Below, piece after piece: positions 16,405 through 27,574 of a DNA stretch of 64,000 bases (the stretch's first letter is position 1; every line of letters starts with the position of its first letter). Below the pieces are notes generated by a model. The model searched no databases. It worked only from the letters and a program-made list of their open reading frames with translations, and had not been told where the DNA came from. Source of the stretch: Prochlorococcus sp. AG-315-B03 (GTDB taxonomy: Bacteria > Cyanobacteriota > Cyanobacteriia > PCC-6307 > Cyanobiaceae); the NCBI GenBank assembly GCA_003283745.1, contig QBWA01000001.1, positions 3,605 to 67,604 on the forward strand, given 5' to 3'. The position numbers and the translations under genes are program-made.

Positions 16405-17145
16405 TTGCATAAGGAAATGAATCTTTTGAAAGTTGTTGGGATAGGGCCAGGTGATCCTTCTTTGTTAACTTTGGCAGCTGTCGATGCGATTAAAAAATCG
16501 ACGGTTATTGCCTTTCCTATAGCAAAGAAAGGAGGTGAGAGCCTTGCTGAAAAAATAGTCTCTCATTGGATTACTAAAGATAAAAAAAAGTTGCCATTAT
16601 ATTTTCCAATGGTTTTTGATTCAATCTCTTTAAAAAAAGCCTGGCATTTGGCTGGAAACGAATTAATGAAGATGGTTGAGAATGGGGAAAGAGTTGTGTT
16701 TCTTTCTCTTGGAGATATTTCATTATTTTCAACAGGTTCATATGTTGTGATGGAATTAAAAAAATTTTTCCCTGAATGCTCAATTGAATTAATTCCAGGT
16801 ATTACTTCTTTTTCCGCTGCTGCGGCTAAATGTGGCTTGCCACTTGCTATTCAAAGTGAACAGTTGCTTGTATTGCCTGTGCCAGCTTCTTCTTCTTCTT
16901 TGAAGGCCCTTTTAGAGGAGGCAGTTTCTATTGGAAGGGTAATTGTTTTATTGAAATTAGGAGATAAATGGTCCTGGGTGAGACCATTGCTTGAAAACCT
17001 TGATCTTTTGGAGTGTTCTATATTTGCCGAAAATGTTGGATTATCAGATGAACAAATAATGAAAGCATCTGATGTTTTACCTTCTGATATGTCATATTTT
17101 TCTTTGTTAATTGTTCGACAGCAATGGCCTTTAATAATGCCTTGA
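16405..17145 (+). CDS. cobI: Precorrin-2 C20-methyltransferase
   Basis: VGIGPGDPSLLTLAA, LGD.SLFST, IPGITSF. Confidence 0.9.
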   Translation: MHKEMNLLKVVGIGPGDPSLLTLAAVDAIKKSTVIAFPIAKKGGESLAEKIVSHWITKDKKKLPLYFPMVFDSISLKKAWHLAGNELMKMVENGERVVFLSLGDISLFSTGSYVVMELKKFFPECSIELIPGITSFSAAAAKCGLPLAIQSEQLLVLPVPASSSSLKALLEEAVSIGRVIVLLKLGDKWSWVRPLLENLDLLECSIFAENVGLSDEQIMKASDVLPSDMSYFSLLIVRQQWPLIMP

Positions 17146-17153
17146 TTTTTTTG

Positions 17154-18146
17154 TTAATTGAATTTTAAAAGTTCTTCTTCCATTATTTTTATTGCTTCAT
17201 ATTGACTATTTGCTCTTACTAATTTTTGCCTTAACACGGAAGCTCCTTCAAAATCTCTACATGTCCAATTCATGTGTTTTCTGGCTATTAGAAGCCCGTG
17301 GTCTCCTTTTTTCAAAAGAAGTAGTTTAAGATGCTCAATGCATAAATTGATCTTCATTTTTGCATCAGGGGTTTTAAAAGGTTTTTGATATTTAATTTCT
17401 TCATAAATTTGACCCAATAGCCATGGTGCCCCCATGCTGGCTCTTCCAATCATTACTCCATCTGCTTTAGTCATTTGAAGACATTTAATTGCATCTTGAG
17501 AGTTTTTTATATCTCCATTGGCAATAACTGGTATGTCCATCGATCTTTTTATTTTGGAAATAGCTAGCCAGTCTGATTTACCTGAAAAACCTTGCCTTCT
17601 TGTTCTTCCATGAACAGTTATTAATTGGGCTCCTGCATCTTGGAGGCCCAAACTAAAGGATATGGGATCACTAGTAGCTTCACACCAGCCCAGTCTTATT
17701 TTCACAGTTACGGGTATTGATACGGCTTGAGAAACTTTTTTTACGATTTTTTGTGCAAGTTCTGGCTCTTTTAAGAGAGCACTACCTCCTCCTTTCTTTG
17801 CAATTTTTTTTACTGGGCAACCCATATTGATATCAATGAGAAAGGCCCCAGCTGATTCTGCTTTTAAAGCTGCCTCAACCATTGAATCTGGTCGATGATC
17901 AAAAAGCTGGACACCTATTGGACCATTTTCTTCTGAAAGTTCAGTTACTTTTTGTTCCCCATGCCCTAATTCAAGACTTTTTGCATTTACCATTTCTGTA
18001 AAAAGTAAAGCGTTTGGAGACCATCTACGAACAAAACTTCTAAATACTTGATCGCTTACACCTGCTAATGGTGATTGAATAATTGGACAATTAAGAGATC
18101 TCGAAATCCCATTGCCTGGTAAATAAATTGGAGTTAATATTTCCAT
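17154..18146 (-). CDS. dusB: tRNA-dihydrouridine synthase B
   Basis: IDINMGCPV, VHGRTR, NGDI, GVMIGR. Confidence 0.93.
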   Translation of the reverse strand: MEILTPIYLPGNGISRSLNCPIIQSPLAGVSDQVFRSFVRRWSPNALLFTEMVNAKSLELGHGEQKVTELSEENGPIGVQLFDHRPDSMVEAALKAESAGAFLIDINMGCPVKKIAKKGGGSALLKEPELAQKIVKKVSQAVSIPVTVKIRLGWCEATSDPISFSLGLQDAGAQLITVHGRTRRQGFSGKSDWLAISKIKRSMDIPVIANGDIKNSQDAIKCLQMTKADGVMIGRASMGAPWLLGQIYEEIKYQKPFKTPDAKMKINLCIEHLKLLLLKKGDHGLLIARKHMNWTCRDFEGASVLRQKLVRANSQYEAIKIMEEELLKFN

Positions 18147-18409
18147 CTTTTATATAGTATTAATTACTAAATACATGGAAAGCCTATGCTTTTAAGTGGT
18201 TTAATTGAAGCAATCAATTAGATATGTATTGCTAGTAATGATTTCAGATCTTTTAAATGATTGATTTTTTCTGACCTTAATCTTTTGACCGGAAATTGAC
18301 TTTGAGATCTCATGTTGGATTCCTACTCTTTGCTGATACTTGCAGTATGAAGAATTAACCTCTTATTGGACCTATAAAGGTTAAATAATCTTATGAAAGG
18401 AAGAGGGAT

Positions 18410-19780
18410 TTGGCACTTCCAGTAGTTGCCATAATTGGGAGACCAAATGTTGGTAAATCAACATTGGTAAATCGTTTGTGTCAAAGCAGAGAAGCGATTG
18501 TTCATGATGAACCTGGCGTCACAAGGGATCGAACCTATCAAGATGGTTTTTGGAGGGATAGGGATTTTAAAGTTGTTGATACTGGAGGGTTGGTTTTTGA
18601 TGACGATAGTGAGTTCCTTCCTGAAATAAGAGAACAAGCAAATCTTGCACTTGAGGAAGCTGTCGTTGCAGTAGTTATTGTTGATGGTCAACAGGGAGTT
18701 ACTGCTGCTGATGAATCAATTGCTGAATTCTTGAGGACCCATTCTTGTAAAACTTTGGTTGCAGTGAATAAATGCGAATCTCCTGAACAAGGATTAGCAA
18801 TGGCAGCGGAATTCTGGAAGCTAGGGCTTGGTGAGCCTCATCCCATCTCTGCAATTCATGGTGTAGGTACTGGTGACCTTCTTGATCAAGTCATTACTTT
18901 GTTTCCCTCAAAAGATTTGGATGAAGATAATGATGCGCCTATTCAATTGGCAATAATTGGTAGACCAAATGTAGGGAAATCTAGTCTTCTTAATTCTATT
19001 TGCGGAGAAACCAGGGCAATTGTTAGTCCTGTAAGGGGGACTACTCGAGATACTATTGATACTCGAATAGTTCGTGATGGTAAGCAATGGAAATTATTAG
19101 ACACTGCAGGAATTCGTAGACGAAGAAGTGTTAATTATGGACCTGAATTTTTTGGTATAAATCGAAGTTTTAAGGCTATAGAAAGAAGCGATGTCTGTGT
19201 TTTAGTTATAGATGCTTTAGATGGAGTAACTGAGCAGGATCAACGACTTGCTGGAAGGATTGAGCAGCAAGGTAGAGCTTGTCTGATTGTGGTTAATAAA
19301 TGGGATGCGATTGAAAAAGATAGCCATACAATGAATGCAATGGAAAAAGAGATTCGCTCAAAGTTGTATTTTCTTGATTGGGCTGAGATGCTTTTCACTT
19401 CCGCTATTACAGGACAAAGAGTAGAAGGAATTTTTGCACTAGCGATTTTGGCAGTTGAACAGAACAGAAGAAGAATAAGCACTTCGGTTGTAAATGAAGT
19501 GCTTTCTGAAGCTTTGAGATGGAGAAGTCCTCCAACTTCTCGAGGAGGACGACAGGGACGTCTTTATTACGGTACTCAAGTGGCAATTAACCCTCCAAGC
19601 TTCACCCTGTTTGTTAATGATCCAAAATTGTTTGGGGAAACATATCGACGATATATTGAAAGACAACTTAGAGAGGGAATTGGCTTTGACGGTACTCCTC
19701 TTAAATTGTTTTGGAGAGGAAAGCAGCAACGTGATGCCCAGAAAGACTTAGATCGGCAGCATAAAGAACCTTCGAAATAG
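18410..19780 (+). CDS. der: Ribosome biogenesis GTPase Der
   Basis: Two GRPNVGKS GTPase domains. Confidence 0.97.
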   Translation: MALPVVAIIGRPNVGKSTLVNRLCQSREAIVHDEPGVTRDRTYQDGFWRDRDFKVVDTGGLVFDDDSEFLPEIREQANLALEEAVVAVVIVDGQQGVTAADESIAEFLRTHSCKTLVAVNKCESPEQGLAMAAEFWKLGLGEPHPISAIHGVGTGDLLDQVITLFPSKDLDEDNDAPIQLAIIGRPNVGKSSLLNSICGETRAIVSPVRGTTRDTIDTRIVRDGKQWKLLDTAGIRRRRSVNYGPEFFGINRSFKAIERSDVCVLVIDALDGVTEQDQRLAGRIEQQGRACLIVVNKWDAIEKDSHTMNAMEKEIRSKLYFLDWAEMLFTSAITGQRVEGIFALAILAVEQNRRRISTSVVNEVLSEALRWRSPPTSRGGRQGRLYYGTQVAINPPSFTLFVNDPKLFGETYRRYIERQLREGIGFDGTPLKLFWRGKQQRDAQKDLDRQHKEPSK

Positions 19781-19789
19781 TCTTTACTT

Positions 19790-20704
19790 ATGGATTGGCT
19801 AAAAGAAATTCCTATTGGTCAATATGTTGCGGGTAAATCCAGTTGGCTTCGTTTAATTGATCCAAGAATAAAGTTTTCTTGGGTTTTAATGTTTTTAATT
19901 ACTCCCATTCTTGCTTCTTCGACATGGAGAGTTGCTATTGCAATAGCACTACTATTACTTACATTTACCAGCTCTTTACCTAAAAGAATATGGTGGCGTT
20001 CTCTTTCACTTTTGTTGGCTTTCTCACTTTTTGTTGGATTGCTTTCGATGCTTTTGCCTGCTAGTGAACCTTCTAGCCAGTTGACAATTAGAGATCATGT
20101 TGAAATCCCTAATGCATTTCTTGTTACTCCTTCTTGGGAGCTACTTAAGTTAGGTCCAATCAATCTTGGAGGAATATCTATTGGTCCTTTAGTCGTTGAT
20201 CGACGCTCTGCTGAATTAGGCATTAAAACATCTACTTTGATTTTTACTGTTATTCATAGTGTGAATCTTATGATGATTACGACGCCTCCTGAGGATCTTG
20301 TGTGGACGATGAGCTGGTTTTTGTCACCTCTGACTAAACTGGGTTTCCCTACGGAAAGAATGTCTTTCCAGCTTCTTTTAGCATTAAGATTTTTACCTTT
20401 AGTTCAAGAAGAACTGCAAAATCTTTTTCGATCTATAGGCATTAGAGCTGTTAATTTTAAAAAGTTAGGACTTAAATCTTCTATAGGTTTGTTTTTGTCT
20501 GTAGGGGAAAGGCTTTTATCAAATATTTTGTTGAGAGCCGAGCAAGGCGCTGATTCTTTGATGACAAGAAAGGGGTTATGGATTCCTTCTGAGGAGTTTA
20601 GACCTTCTTTCCTTTCTGATACGAGAAACTCTTTAATTAATTTTGGATCGATTTTTTTTCTTGTGTTGGTTATTATCTTTAGATGCAAGTATGGTACATT
20701 TTAA
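19790..20704 (+). CDS. ECF transporter T component (CbiQ family)
   Basis: GQY....S.L..IDPRIK, LALRFLPLVQEE, hydrophobic. Confidence 0.85.
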   Translation: MDWLKEIPIGQYVAGKSSWLRLIDPRIKFSWVLMFLITPILASSTWRVAIAIALLLLTFTSSLPKRIWWRSLSLLLAFSLFVGLLSMLLPASEPSSQLTIRDHVEIPNAFLVTPSWELLKLGPINLGGISIGPLVVDRRSAELGIKTSTLIFTVIHSVNLMMITTPPEDLVWTMSWFLSPLTKLGFPTERMSFQLLLALRFLPLVQEELQNLFRSIGIRAVNFKKLGLKSSIGLFLSVGERLLSNILLRAEQGADSLMTRKGLWIPSEEFRPSFLSDTRNSLINFGSIFFLVLVIIFRCKYGTF

Positions 20705-20719
20705 TTAAAAATTACAGAT

Positions 20720-20986
20720 TTGATCGCTGAGCGCTATTTAAATCATCCGACTTTTGGAATGTTATACCTCGTTTCTCCAGCAACTAATGGTAGGGATGTC
20801 TATGCGACCTTATATGCTCAAAAAATATTTTTCTTGGTTACTGCTCAACCAAGAGGGGCAACTTTTGAAGTCATTCCATATATGGATGCTAGGCATTATG
20901 CAGAAATGAATTTAAATAAAAATAGACGAGAAAAATCTGAGGATTTAATTACGTGGAAAGAATTATTTAATCAAACTTTTATTTGA
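20720..20986 (+). CDS. pipX: PII-interacting protein X
   Basis: ERYLNHPTFGMLY...TLYAQ. Confidence 0.95.
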   Translation: MIAERYLNHPTFGMLYLVSPATNGRDVYATLYAQKIFFLVTAQPRGATFEVIPYMDARHYAEMNLNKNRREKSEDLITWKELFNQTFI

Positions 20987-20991
20987 TTTAA

Positions 20992-21642
20992 TTGACTAAC
21001 TTTAGAGAAATGCAGGAAATTAAGAATCGACTGCCAGCGGGGGTAAGTTTACTTGCCGTGAGTAAAAGTCAGAATGAAGAATCTATACGAGATTTAGCAG
21101 GTTTTGGTCAAGTGGATTTTGGAGAAAGCCGCTTACAAGAGGCTATCAAAAAGAAAAAGAATCTTTATGATTTAAGTCGGCTTAAATGGCACTTTGTGGG
21201 TAAATTACAAAAAAATAAGGTTCGAGGTGTAATAAAAGAATTTGATTTTATTCATTCGGTAGATTCCATATCTTTATTAGATAGGATTTCTAAGATTGCA
21301 GAAGAAGAGAGAAAAATGCCAAAAATATTCTTACAAGTCAAATTTAGAGATGACCCATCTAAGGGAGGTTTTTTAGTGGAAGATCTTTTAGAAAGTTGGT
21401 CAAGAATAAATGCCACTAATAACATTCATTTGATAGGGCTTATGACAATACCTCCAATTTCTCTTGATTTTAATCAAAGAAAAGATTTATTTAGAGATTG
21501 CAGAAATCTTGCAAACCATTTGAAGTTAAAGGATTGTTCTATGGGTATGAGTAAGGATTGGGGAGAAGCTGTGGAGGCTGGCTCTACATGGATTCGGGTA
21601 GGTTCTCTTTTATTTGGTAAACGTCAGATTTTAAACAAATAA
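20992..21642 (+). CDS. pipY: PLP homeostasis protein (YggS family)
   Basis: LAVSK, FGESRLQE, WHFVGKLQKNK, SMGMS. Confidence 0.93.
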   Translation: MTNFREMQEIKNRLPAGVSLLAVSKSQNEESIRDLAGFGQVDFGESRLQEAIKKKKNLYDLSRLKWHFVGKLQKNKVRGVIKEFDFIHSVDSISLLDRISKIAEEERKMPKIFLQVKFRDDPSKGGFLVEDLLESWSRINATNNIHLIGLMTIPPISLDFNQRKDLFRDCRNLANHLKLKDCSMGMSKDWGEAVEAGSTWIRVGSLLFGKRQILNK

Positions 21643-21787
21643 TCAGAGTTATAAAAAAAGCAATAAAAAAGCTTGCAGGTGAACATAAGTAGCGTTATTT
21701 AAGTATATGGTCCATTTTCAAGTATTTGAAGGTGTTTCCTTTGTTGGATTATCCAACCTTGTAAAATCATCCCGAGAGGATTAACTG

Positions 21788-22363
21788 GTGTCGCTTATTT
21801 CCCGTCTTCGTGCTGTCGTTGCTGGCGACGATTTTTTAGATAGTGATTTTGATGAGCTCGATTACGAAACAGGCGACGAATTTGATAATTTTAATAGAGC
21901 TCGTAAAGAAGGTAATGGTGAGATGGCAACCTTATCTCAGTCCAATCCATTTGAAGGTGGAAATGGTTTACCTTCCTCAAATGTTATAGGTATGCCAGGA
22001 ATTTCGACTACTGCTTCAGAAGTAAGATTGATGGAGCCTCGTAGCTTTGATGAAATGCCAAGAGTAATTCAAGCTTTGCGTGAGAGGAAGACAGTTATTT
22101 TAAACCTCACAATGATGGAGCCAGATCAAGCCCAAAGAGCTGTTGATTTTGTTGCGGGGGGTACTTTTGCTATCGATGGACATCAAGAAAGAGTAGGAGA
22201 AAGTATTTTCCTTTTTGCTCCTTCTTGCGTAACAGTTACTAACTCTTTTCAAGAAGAGGCTTCCCCTTCAAACATGGTTAATAAACCATCGGATTTGATT
22301 TCTAAGGAGTCAACCCCTGCACCAGAACCTGCATGGGGAGAGACAATGGTGACAGCCCTTTAA
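21788..22363 (+). CDS. sepF: Cell division protein SepF
   Basis: EPRSFDE...[11 protein letters not shown]...IFLFAP. Confidence 0.95.
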   Translation: MSLISRLRAVVAGDDFLDSDFDELDYETGDEFDNFNRARKEGNGEMATLSQSNPFEGGNGLPSSNVIGMPGISTTASEVRLMEPRSFDEMPRVIQALRERKTVILNLTMMEPDQAQRAVDFVAGGTFAIDGHQERVGESIFLFAPSCVTVTNSFQEEASPSNMVNKPSDLISKESTPAPEPAWGETMVTAL

Positions 22364-22367
22364 AAGC

Positions 22368-23219
22368 TTGTATAGGTTGGACACATCTATTGCTATTATT
22401 GGCTTTGGACGTATGGCGAGAGCTATTATTTCACCTCTGTTAGAAAGAGGTGATTTTCTTCCAGAGCAAGTTTTTGGTGTGGTTGGTAATGCTTCAAGTA
22501 TCTCAGAAGCATTAAATGAGCTTCGTGAAGGAGTAAGAGTTGTTTCTAGTAATGATGATATAGCGGGAATGGCTTGGAACTCTCCTCTCCAGGTATTAGC
22601 TGTAAAGCCGCAGCAGCTTAAGAAAGTTAGAGAATCGGCTTCAAGATTTGAACATATTAATCAAGCTACAAAGCCTTTAATGATTTCAATTTTAGCTGGG
22701 ATAACTTTGGAAACTCTGCAGGAATCTTTCCCTGGCCATATATGTGTAAGAGCTGTTCCAAATACTCCTTCATTAGTGAGAGAAGGTCTTACTGGATTAA
22801 CTTGGGGAAATGGTATAACTTCGCAGCAGAAAGACAAGGTAAAAAGGATTTTTGAGCCAATAAGTGAAATTTTTGAATTACCTGAACATCAACTTGATTC
22901 TTTTTTGGCGTTAACATCATCTGGTCCTGCATATATAGCTTTGATGGTGGAAGCGATGGCTGACGGTGCTGTTGCCGCTGGATTACCACGTCATTTGTCA
23001 AATCAATTAGTTCATAAAACTTTCTCAGGTACGGCATCTTTATTAAGAGAAAAAGGTTTACATCCTGCAGAACTTAAAGATATGGTTGCATCCCCAGCTG
23101 GGACTACAATTAGTGCTCTTCGACACCTTGAACTTGCGGGCTTGAGATCTGCTTTGATTGAAGCAGTTGTTTTAGCAGCTGAGAAGAGTCGCCAATTGGC
23201 TGAAAAGATGACGAGTTGA
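22368..23219 (+). CDS. proC: Pyrroline-5-carboxylate reductase
   Basis: IIGFGRMA, LAVKPQ, RAVPNTP, SSGPAY, SPAGTT. Confidence 0.95.
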   Translation: MYRLDTSIAIIGFGRMARAIISPLLERGDFLPEQVFGVVGNASSISEALNELREGVRVVSSNDDIAGMAWNSPLQVLAVKPQQLKKVRESASRFEHINQATKPLMISILAGITLETLQESFPGHICVRAVPNTPSLVREGLTGLTWGNGITSQQKDKVKRIFEPISEIFELPEHQLDSFLALTSSGPAYIALMVEAMADGAVAAGLPRHLSNQLVHKTFSGTASLLREKGLHPAELKDMVASPAGTTISALRHLELAGLRSALIEAVVLAAEKSRQLAEKMTS

Positions 23220-24381
23220 ATGAATTAAGAACGTTATTGTATAAATTCTCAAGTGAGTCAATATTTTGTTGAAGTGTATATCGTTCTTCTACTCTTAATC
23301 TAGCACGTCTACCTAATTCATTTGTAAGTACTGGTTGATCTCTTAAAACTGGTAAAAGAGTTCTTAATTGTGAAGTAACTGAATCTGTGCTTAAAACAAT
23401 ACCTGCACCATCTTCAATCACTTCTCCGTCTGCTCCAGCATCAGTAGCTACACATGCTGTGGCAGTAGCCATTGCTTCAAGTAAAGCGATCGATAAGCCT
23501 TCAACTAGACTTGGAAGTAAGAAAACTTCTGCCATTTGAAGCAGAGCAACTCTTTTATTAAGGTCAGATTCATAGCCCCACCAAGTTACATTATCTTCTT
23601 TATTGAAAATTGAATTATTTTCAAGCGTAGGTCTTAAGGGACCATCTCCAACAATTACTAGTCGACAACCCTTTGTTTGAACTAACTTCCATGCACGAAG
23701 AAGTGCTTCAACATTTTTTTCAGAGGCAATTCTGCCCATATAAATAAATAACCTCTCAGATCCAAGATTCTCTCTGATTTCTTGTTGAAGATTGCTTAAT
23801 GAATCAAAGTTATGAGGCTTCCATTTCTCAATATCAATTCCATTGGGTATGACAGCAAGTCGATTTTCTTTTACTCCAAGTTTTGCAAGTACTTCTGCTT
23901 GCATATCTGAGAAAACTATTACTTTGTCAAATTTGGCTAAAGATGGTGCATAAAGTTGATAGGTCAGTTGCTGCGTATTGGCTGTGAGGTTTCTAAGTTT
24001 TGAATCAAAGGCTGGATGGAAAGTTGCAATTAAAGGCACATTTAGTTGCTGGCAAAGCTCAGGCAATCGAAAATCAAGAGGAGATAGGGTAAGACTTGCA
24101 TGGACTAAATCAGGCTTAAGCCTATAGAGAGATTCTCTCAGCTCTCTTTGTGCTCTTGGAGATGGGATTGTATAAACTTGAGATTTAATTAAATAAGGAA
24201 GGCTTACATCTGGATCATTTGCTAGCAAAGAAGTTTTGTTATTTCCCTCTCTTCGAGGGTTGTCAAAATGAATGAAACTTGTTTTATGTCCTCTTTTTCT
24301 AAGCTCTTCAGTAGTGCTTAGCCCATAACAGACATTTCCACAGAAAGGTGTTTTTTTGCCCAGCCAGGCGATATGGGCCAA
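23110..24381 (-). CDS. Glycosyltransferase family 4
   Basis: GRIASEKN, PSLVEGLSIALLEAMA. Confidence 0.9.
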   Translation of the reverse strand: MAHIAWLGKKTPFCGNVCYGLSTTEELRKRGHKTSFIHFDNPRREGNNKTSLLANDPDVSLPYLIKSQVYTIPSPRAQRELRESLYRLKPDLVHASLTLSPLDFRLPELCQQLNVPLIATFHPAFDSKLRNLTANTQQLTYQLYAPSLAKFDKVIVFSDMQAEVLAKLGVKENRLAVIPNGIDIEKWKPHNFDSLSNLQQEIRENLGSERLFIYMGRIASEKNVEALLRAWKLVQTKGCRLVIVGDGPLRPTLENNSIFNKEDNVTWWGYESDLNKRVALLQMAEVFLLPSLVEGLSIALLEAMATATACVATDAGADGEVIEDGAGIVLSTDSVTSQLRTLLPVLRDQPVLTNELGRRARLRVEERYTLQQNIDSLENLYNNVLNSFNSSSFQPIGDSSQLLKQLLQSKQISSPQVQGVEEH

Positions 24382-24735
24382 ATTTTGAAAAAAATCTGTA
24401 ATTTAAAATAGCAGCTACTCAATACTTCTTCGAGAACTATTGGTATTAGTTAAATCTTTTTTGAACTCAGGAAAATTGGTTTAAATCAATAGGAATAAAT
24501 TAAACATATCTTGAAAACTGAATTAACTTTTCTCTTTAATAAGATTTTTAGAAGTAAACTTTGTAAATTTCCCTTCTTTGACTAGAGCTTTAAATAATAA
24601 CTAGTGATAGTGAAATCTTTTAAACATTCTAATAATTAGTAACTTCACCTGGAGATTAAAAGAATTGAATAGCTTTAGATGATGGAGAGTATTTTATTGA
24701 GATATCTATTGGAAAAATTATTCTTATCTATATGT

Positions 24736-25536
24736 CTATTCTTTTATTAAATCATTGCTTGCATATACCTCTCTCATCATTTCTAAAGAACTTATTCTTT
24801 TTTGTAAATGTGTTGCTATCCACAATTCAACAACCTTTAATAGCTTAAGCCAAACATTTTTAGGCCCTAATATACTTCCATTACTGTGAAAAGGTAAATC
24901 TTCTTTTAGGAGTCTTTGAAGTAAAGCTAGTTCTGATGGATTCAATTCAACATCTGAATTAGGGATTGAACCAATAGCAAAACCTTCTTCGGGAATAAGA
25001 CTACATCGCCAAGACCATTTACCAATTGGTGGAATTAAATCTAAACCTGATCGACAGCATTTTTGAAGTGGTAAGCAATATCCACCTAATGCTAATAAGT
25101 GTATGCATGATTGAACACTTATAGCCAAAGAATGTAAGGAGTTGAATTCATTTTTATCGAGATTATCTAATCTGGTTAAATGAACTAAAACTATCTTAAG
25201 TAGTTCTTTTTGTGGATCATCATTGCCAACAAGAATCATTATTAATTCAGAAATTGCTTGTGCAGCTGAAAGTGTCTCTATATGCTTACCAAGATTTCCA
25301 TAGCTCTTAAGTATTTTTATTTGTGTTACTTTCTTTAGGCTTTTTCTTCCTACTATATGTAAATCTAGATAAGTAAATGGAGATGTTGCACCTAGTCTGC
25401 TTTTTGGTTTTCTTGCCCCTGGTATTGCAAGTTTAGATATCCCACTCTCTTCGCTAAGGACAGTTAGAAGCCTATCATTCTCTCCAAGTGGACCGACTTT
25501 CAGTGATATACCTTTAATTCTTTGGGTTGAATTCAT
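24736..25536 (-). CDS. recO: DNA repair protein RecO
   Basis: LGENDRLLTVL...GARKPKSRL. Confidence 0.92.
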   Translation of the reverse strand: MNSTQRIKGISLKVGPLGENDRLLTVLSEESGISKLAIPGARKPKSRLGATSPFTYLDLHIVGRKSLKKVTQIKILKSYGNLGKHIETLSAAQAISELIMILVGNDDPQKELLKIVLVHLTRLDNLDKNEFNSLHSLAISVQSCIHLLALGGYCLPLQKCCRSGLDLIPPIGKWSWRCSLIPEEGFAIGSIPNSDVELNPSELALLQRLLKEDLPFHSNGSILGPKNVWLKLLKVVELWIATHLQKRISSLEMMREVYASNDLIKE

Positions 25537-26219
25537 TGGGTCTTATCTTTTTGTCCTTGGACAAGCTCAAAACCAAAGCTCGTTCCTATCTGAGTAGCAC
25601 CTGCCTGAACAATTTCTCTTGCTTGATTGAATGTTTTAATTCCTCCTACTGCTTTAATTGAACATCTATTTTTAATTATTTCAGCAAGTTTTTTTATTTG
25701 AACACTTGTTGTAGGTGGACCAAATCCATTACCACTTTGGATTCCCTTAGCTCCTGCTTCTATAGAGGCATTTATTGCTATTGAAAGATTTTTTGATGCT
25801 AAGAGACTATTTGCATCAACTATTACTCTCACGGGTATACCAAGTTCACATATTAGATTTATTTCCTCGGCAAAAAGTTGATTGTTTTTATCATTTAAAG
25901 CATGAAAATTTGGAACTAAGTCTAATTCCTCTGCTCCCTCTTCAATGGCATATTCGGCTTCTTTTAGTTTGTTGTGAGTGGGGATTAAGCCGAATGGGAA
26001 TGCAATTATTGAAATTAATTTTGTGTCGTTCTTGCTCCCTAATCTTTTACGTGCAATTTTCAGATGAGAAAGGCTAGTACATAAGCCAGCAAACCCATTT
26101 TGTTTGGAAGCATCACAAATTTTATTAAGCATATCCGAATCCATATGGGGATTTAAAGCTGCTTGATGTATCAATTTGGAAATATCTTCATAATCCTCTT
26201 TAGATCGTTGTCGTCCCAT
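25533..26219 (-). CDS. deoC: Deoxyribose-phosphate aldolase-like protein
   Basis: IAFPFG, GAEELDLV, IKAVGGIKT, IGTS. Confidence 0.88.
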   Translation of the reverse strand: MGRQRSKEDYEDISKLIHQAALNPHMDSDMLNKICDASKQNGFAGLCTSLSHLKIARKRLGSKNDTKLISIIAFPFGLIPTHNKLKEAEYAIEEGAEELDLVPNFHALNDKNNQLFAEEINLICELGIPVRVIVDANSLLASKNLSIAINASIEAGAKGIQSGNGFGPPTTSVQIKKLAEIIKNRCSIKAVGGIKTFNQAREIVQAGATQIGTSFGFELVQGQKDKTQ

Positions 26220-26231
26220 TTTGATTAATAC

Positions 26232-26810
26232 TTAATTTTTCTCTTGAATTACTCCATAACCTCCATGATTACGCTTGTATATAACCCTTAACGCTAACCC
26301 GTTTTCATCTCGAAAGAGATAGAAGTCATGATCAATTAAATCTAATTGCTCCCTAGCTTTTTCTATGCTCATTGGAGTCATTTCAAAATATTTACGTCTT
26401 ACTCCAGGATCTGGTAGATGTGGCTCTTTGCCTTCTAAAAGTGATTTATCTATAGATGTTGATTCTATAGATTCTTGATCTTGGGATTGGTGTGCGGACT
26501 TGTTCTTGTGATGATGGTTGTGACGCTCTTTATACTTGCGTAGTTGTCGAGCGAGTTTATTTGCTACTAAGTCAATGCTTGCATAAAGATTTTCACTCCT
26601 TTCTTGGGCCCTTATCACTGTTCCATTTGCGAAAACTGTCACCTCTGCTATCTGTTGCGGCACTCTTGGATTACGAGCAACTGAGAGGTGGACATCTGCC
26701 TCTTTTACCATTTCATGGAAATTATGAGTTGCTTTATCAATCTTTGATTGTGTGTATTCACGAAGAGATGTGGTTAATTCAAGGTTTCGTCCATGAATAA
26801 GAAGCTTCAT
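26232..26810 (-). CDS. hpf: Ribosome hibernation promoting factor (LrtA)
   Basis: GRNLELT, LYASIDLV..KL.RQLRKYK, C-terminal DHDFYLF. Confidence 0.95.
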   Translation of the reverse strand: MKLLIHGRNLELTTSLREYTQSKIDKATHNFHEMVKEADVHLSVARNPRVPQQIAEVTVFANGTVIRAQERSENLYASIDLVANKLARQLRKYKERHNHHHKNKSAHQSQDQESIESTSIDKSLLEGKEPHLPDPGVRRKYFEMTPMSIEKAREQLDLIDHDFYLFRDENGLALRVIYKRNHGGYGVIQEKN

Positions 26811-27530
26811 TCTTTTTCTCGAGAGCCAGGGCCTGATTCCAACCTAGATCTAATCCCTCAACTTGTACAAACTTCTTCTGCTTTTCTTTTTGAGCCAGAA
26901 AGAATTGTTCCATTTGATGTGGCATTAAATTGGCAGAAAGATTTTCAGAAAACTCTGATGGATCAACCATTCTCTCCTCAAGCAGTTTGGTTCCTTCAAC
27001 ATGAATCTTGTTATACCTTGGGGCGAGGGAGTGATAAGAAAAATTTGTTATTTGATGTGAAAAATAGTCCAGAACCTCTCTATAGAATTGATAGAGGTGG
27101 AGAGGTTACTCATCATGCTCCTGGTCAAATAGTTGGATATTGTGTTCTGAATTTGAATTTGTTCAAAAAAGATTTGTTTTGGTATTTAAGAGAATTGGAA
27201 CAAGTATTGATTGATGTGCTTGGTTTGTTAGGGCTTGAGGGCCATAGAGTAAATGGGTTGACGGGCGTTTGGTGTCAAGGCTGCAAAGTTGGTTCAATAG
27301 GTATTGGGTGTAAGAGATGGGTTACTCAGCATGGATTCTCTCTGAATGTTGATTGCGATTTAATTGGCTTTGAGAGGATCATCCCTTGCGGTTTAGATAA
27401 ACAAAAAATAGGAAGATTGAATGATTTTATACCTGATATCAAAGTCTGTGACGTTCAGCCACTTGTAAGAGAATCGGTTAAAAGAAGATTTAAATTAAAA
27501 TGGGAAAATAAGAAATTAATTTCTCATTGA
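26793..27530 (+). CDS. lipB: Octanoyltransferase; true start probably downstream
   Basis: RGGEVTHHAPGQ, KVGSIG, HGFSLN, IIPCG. Confidence 0.93.
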   Translation: MNKKLHSFSREPGPDSNLDLIPQLVQTSSAFLFEPERIVPFDVALNWQKDFQKTLMDQPFSPQAVWFLQHESCYTLGRGSDKKNLLFDVKNSPEPLYRIDRGGEVTHHAPGQIVGYCVLNLNLFKKDLFWYLRELEQVLIDVLGLLGLEGHRVNGLTGVWCQGCKVGSIGIGCKRWVTQHGFSLNVDCDLIGFERIIPCGLDKQKIGRLNDFIPDIKVCDVQPLVRESVKRRFKLKWENKKLISH

Positions 27531-27574
27531 GTTAAATGGAAATTAAAAAAACTTAATTCTAGATAATTATCAAG

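Noticed and set aside
23110-23219. 110-nt convergent overlap of proC and the glycosyltransferase
   Set aside because: Most simply a drifted stop codon in a compact genome; both proteins are intact
24382-24735. Long AT-rich gap as a pseudogene or ncRNA
   Set aside because: No recognisable ORF remnant, stable structure or terminator
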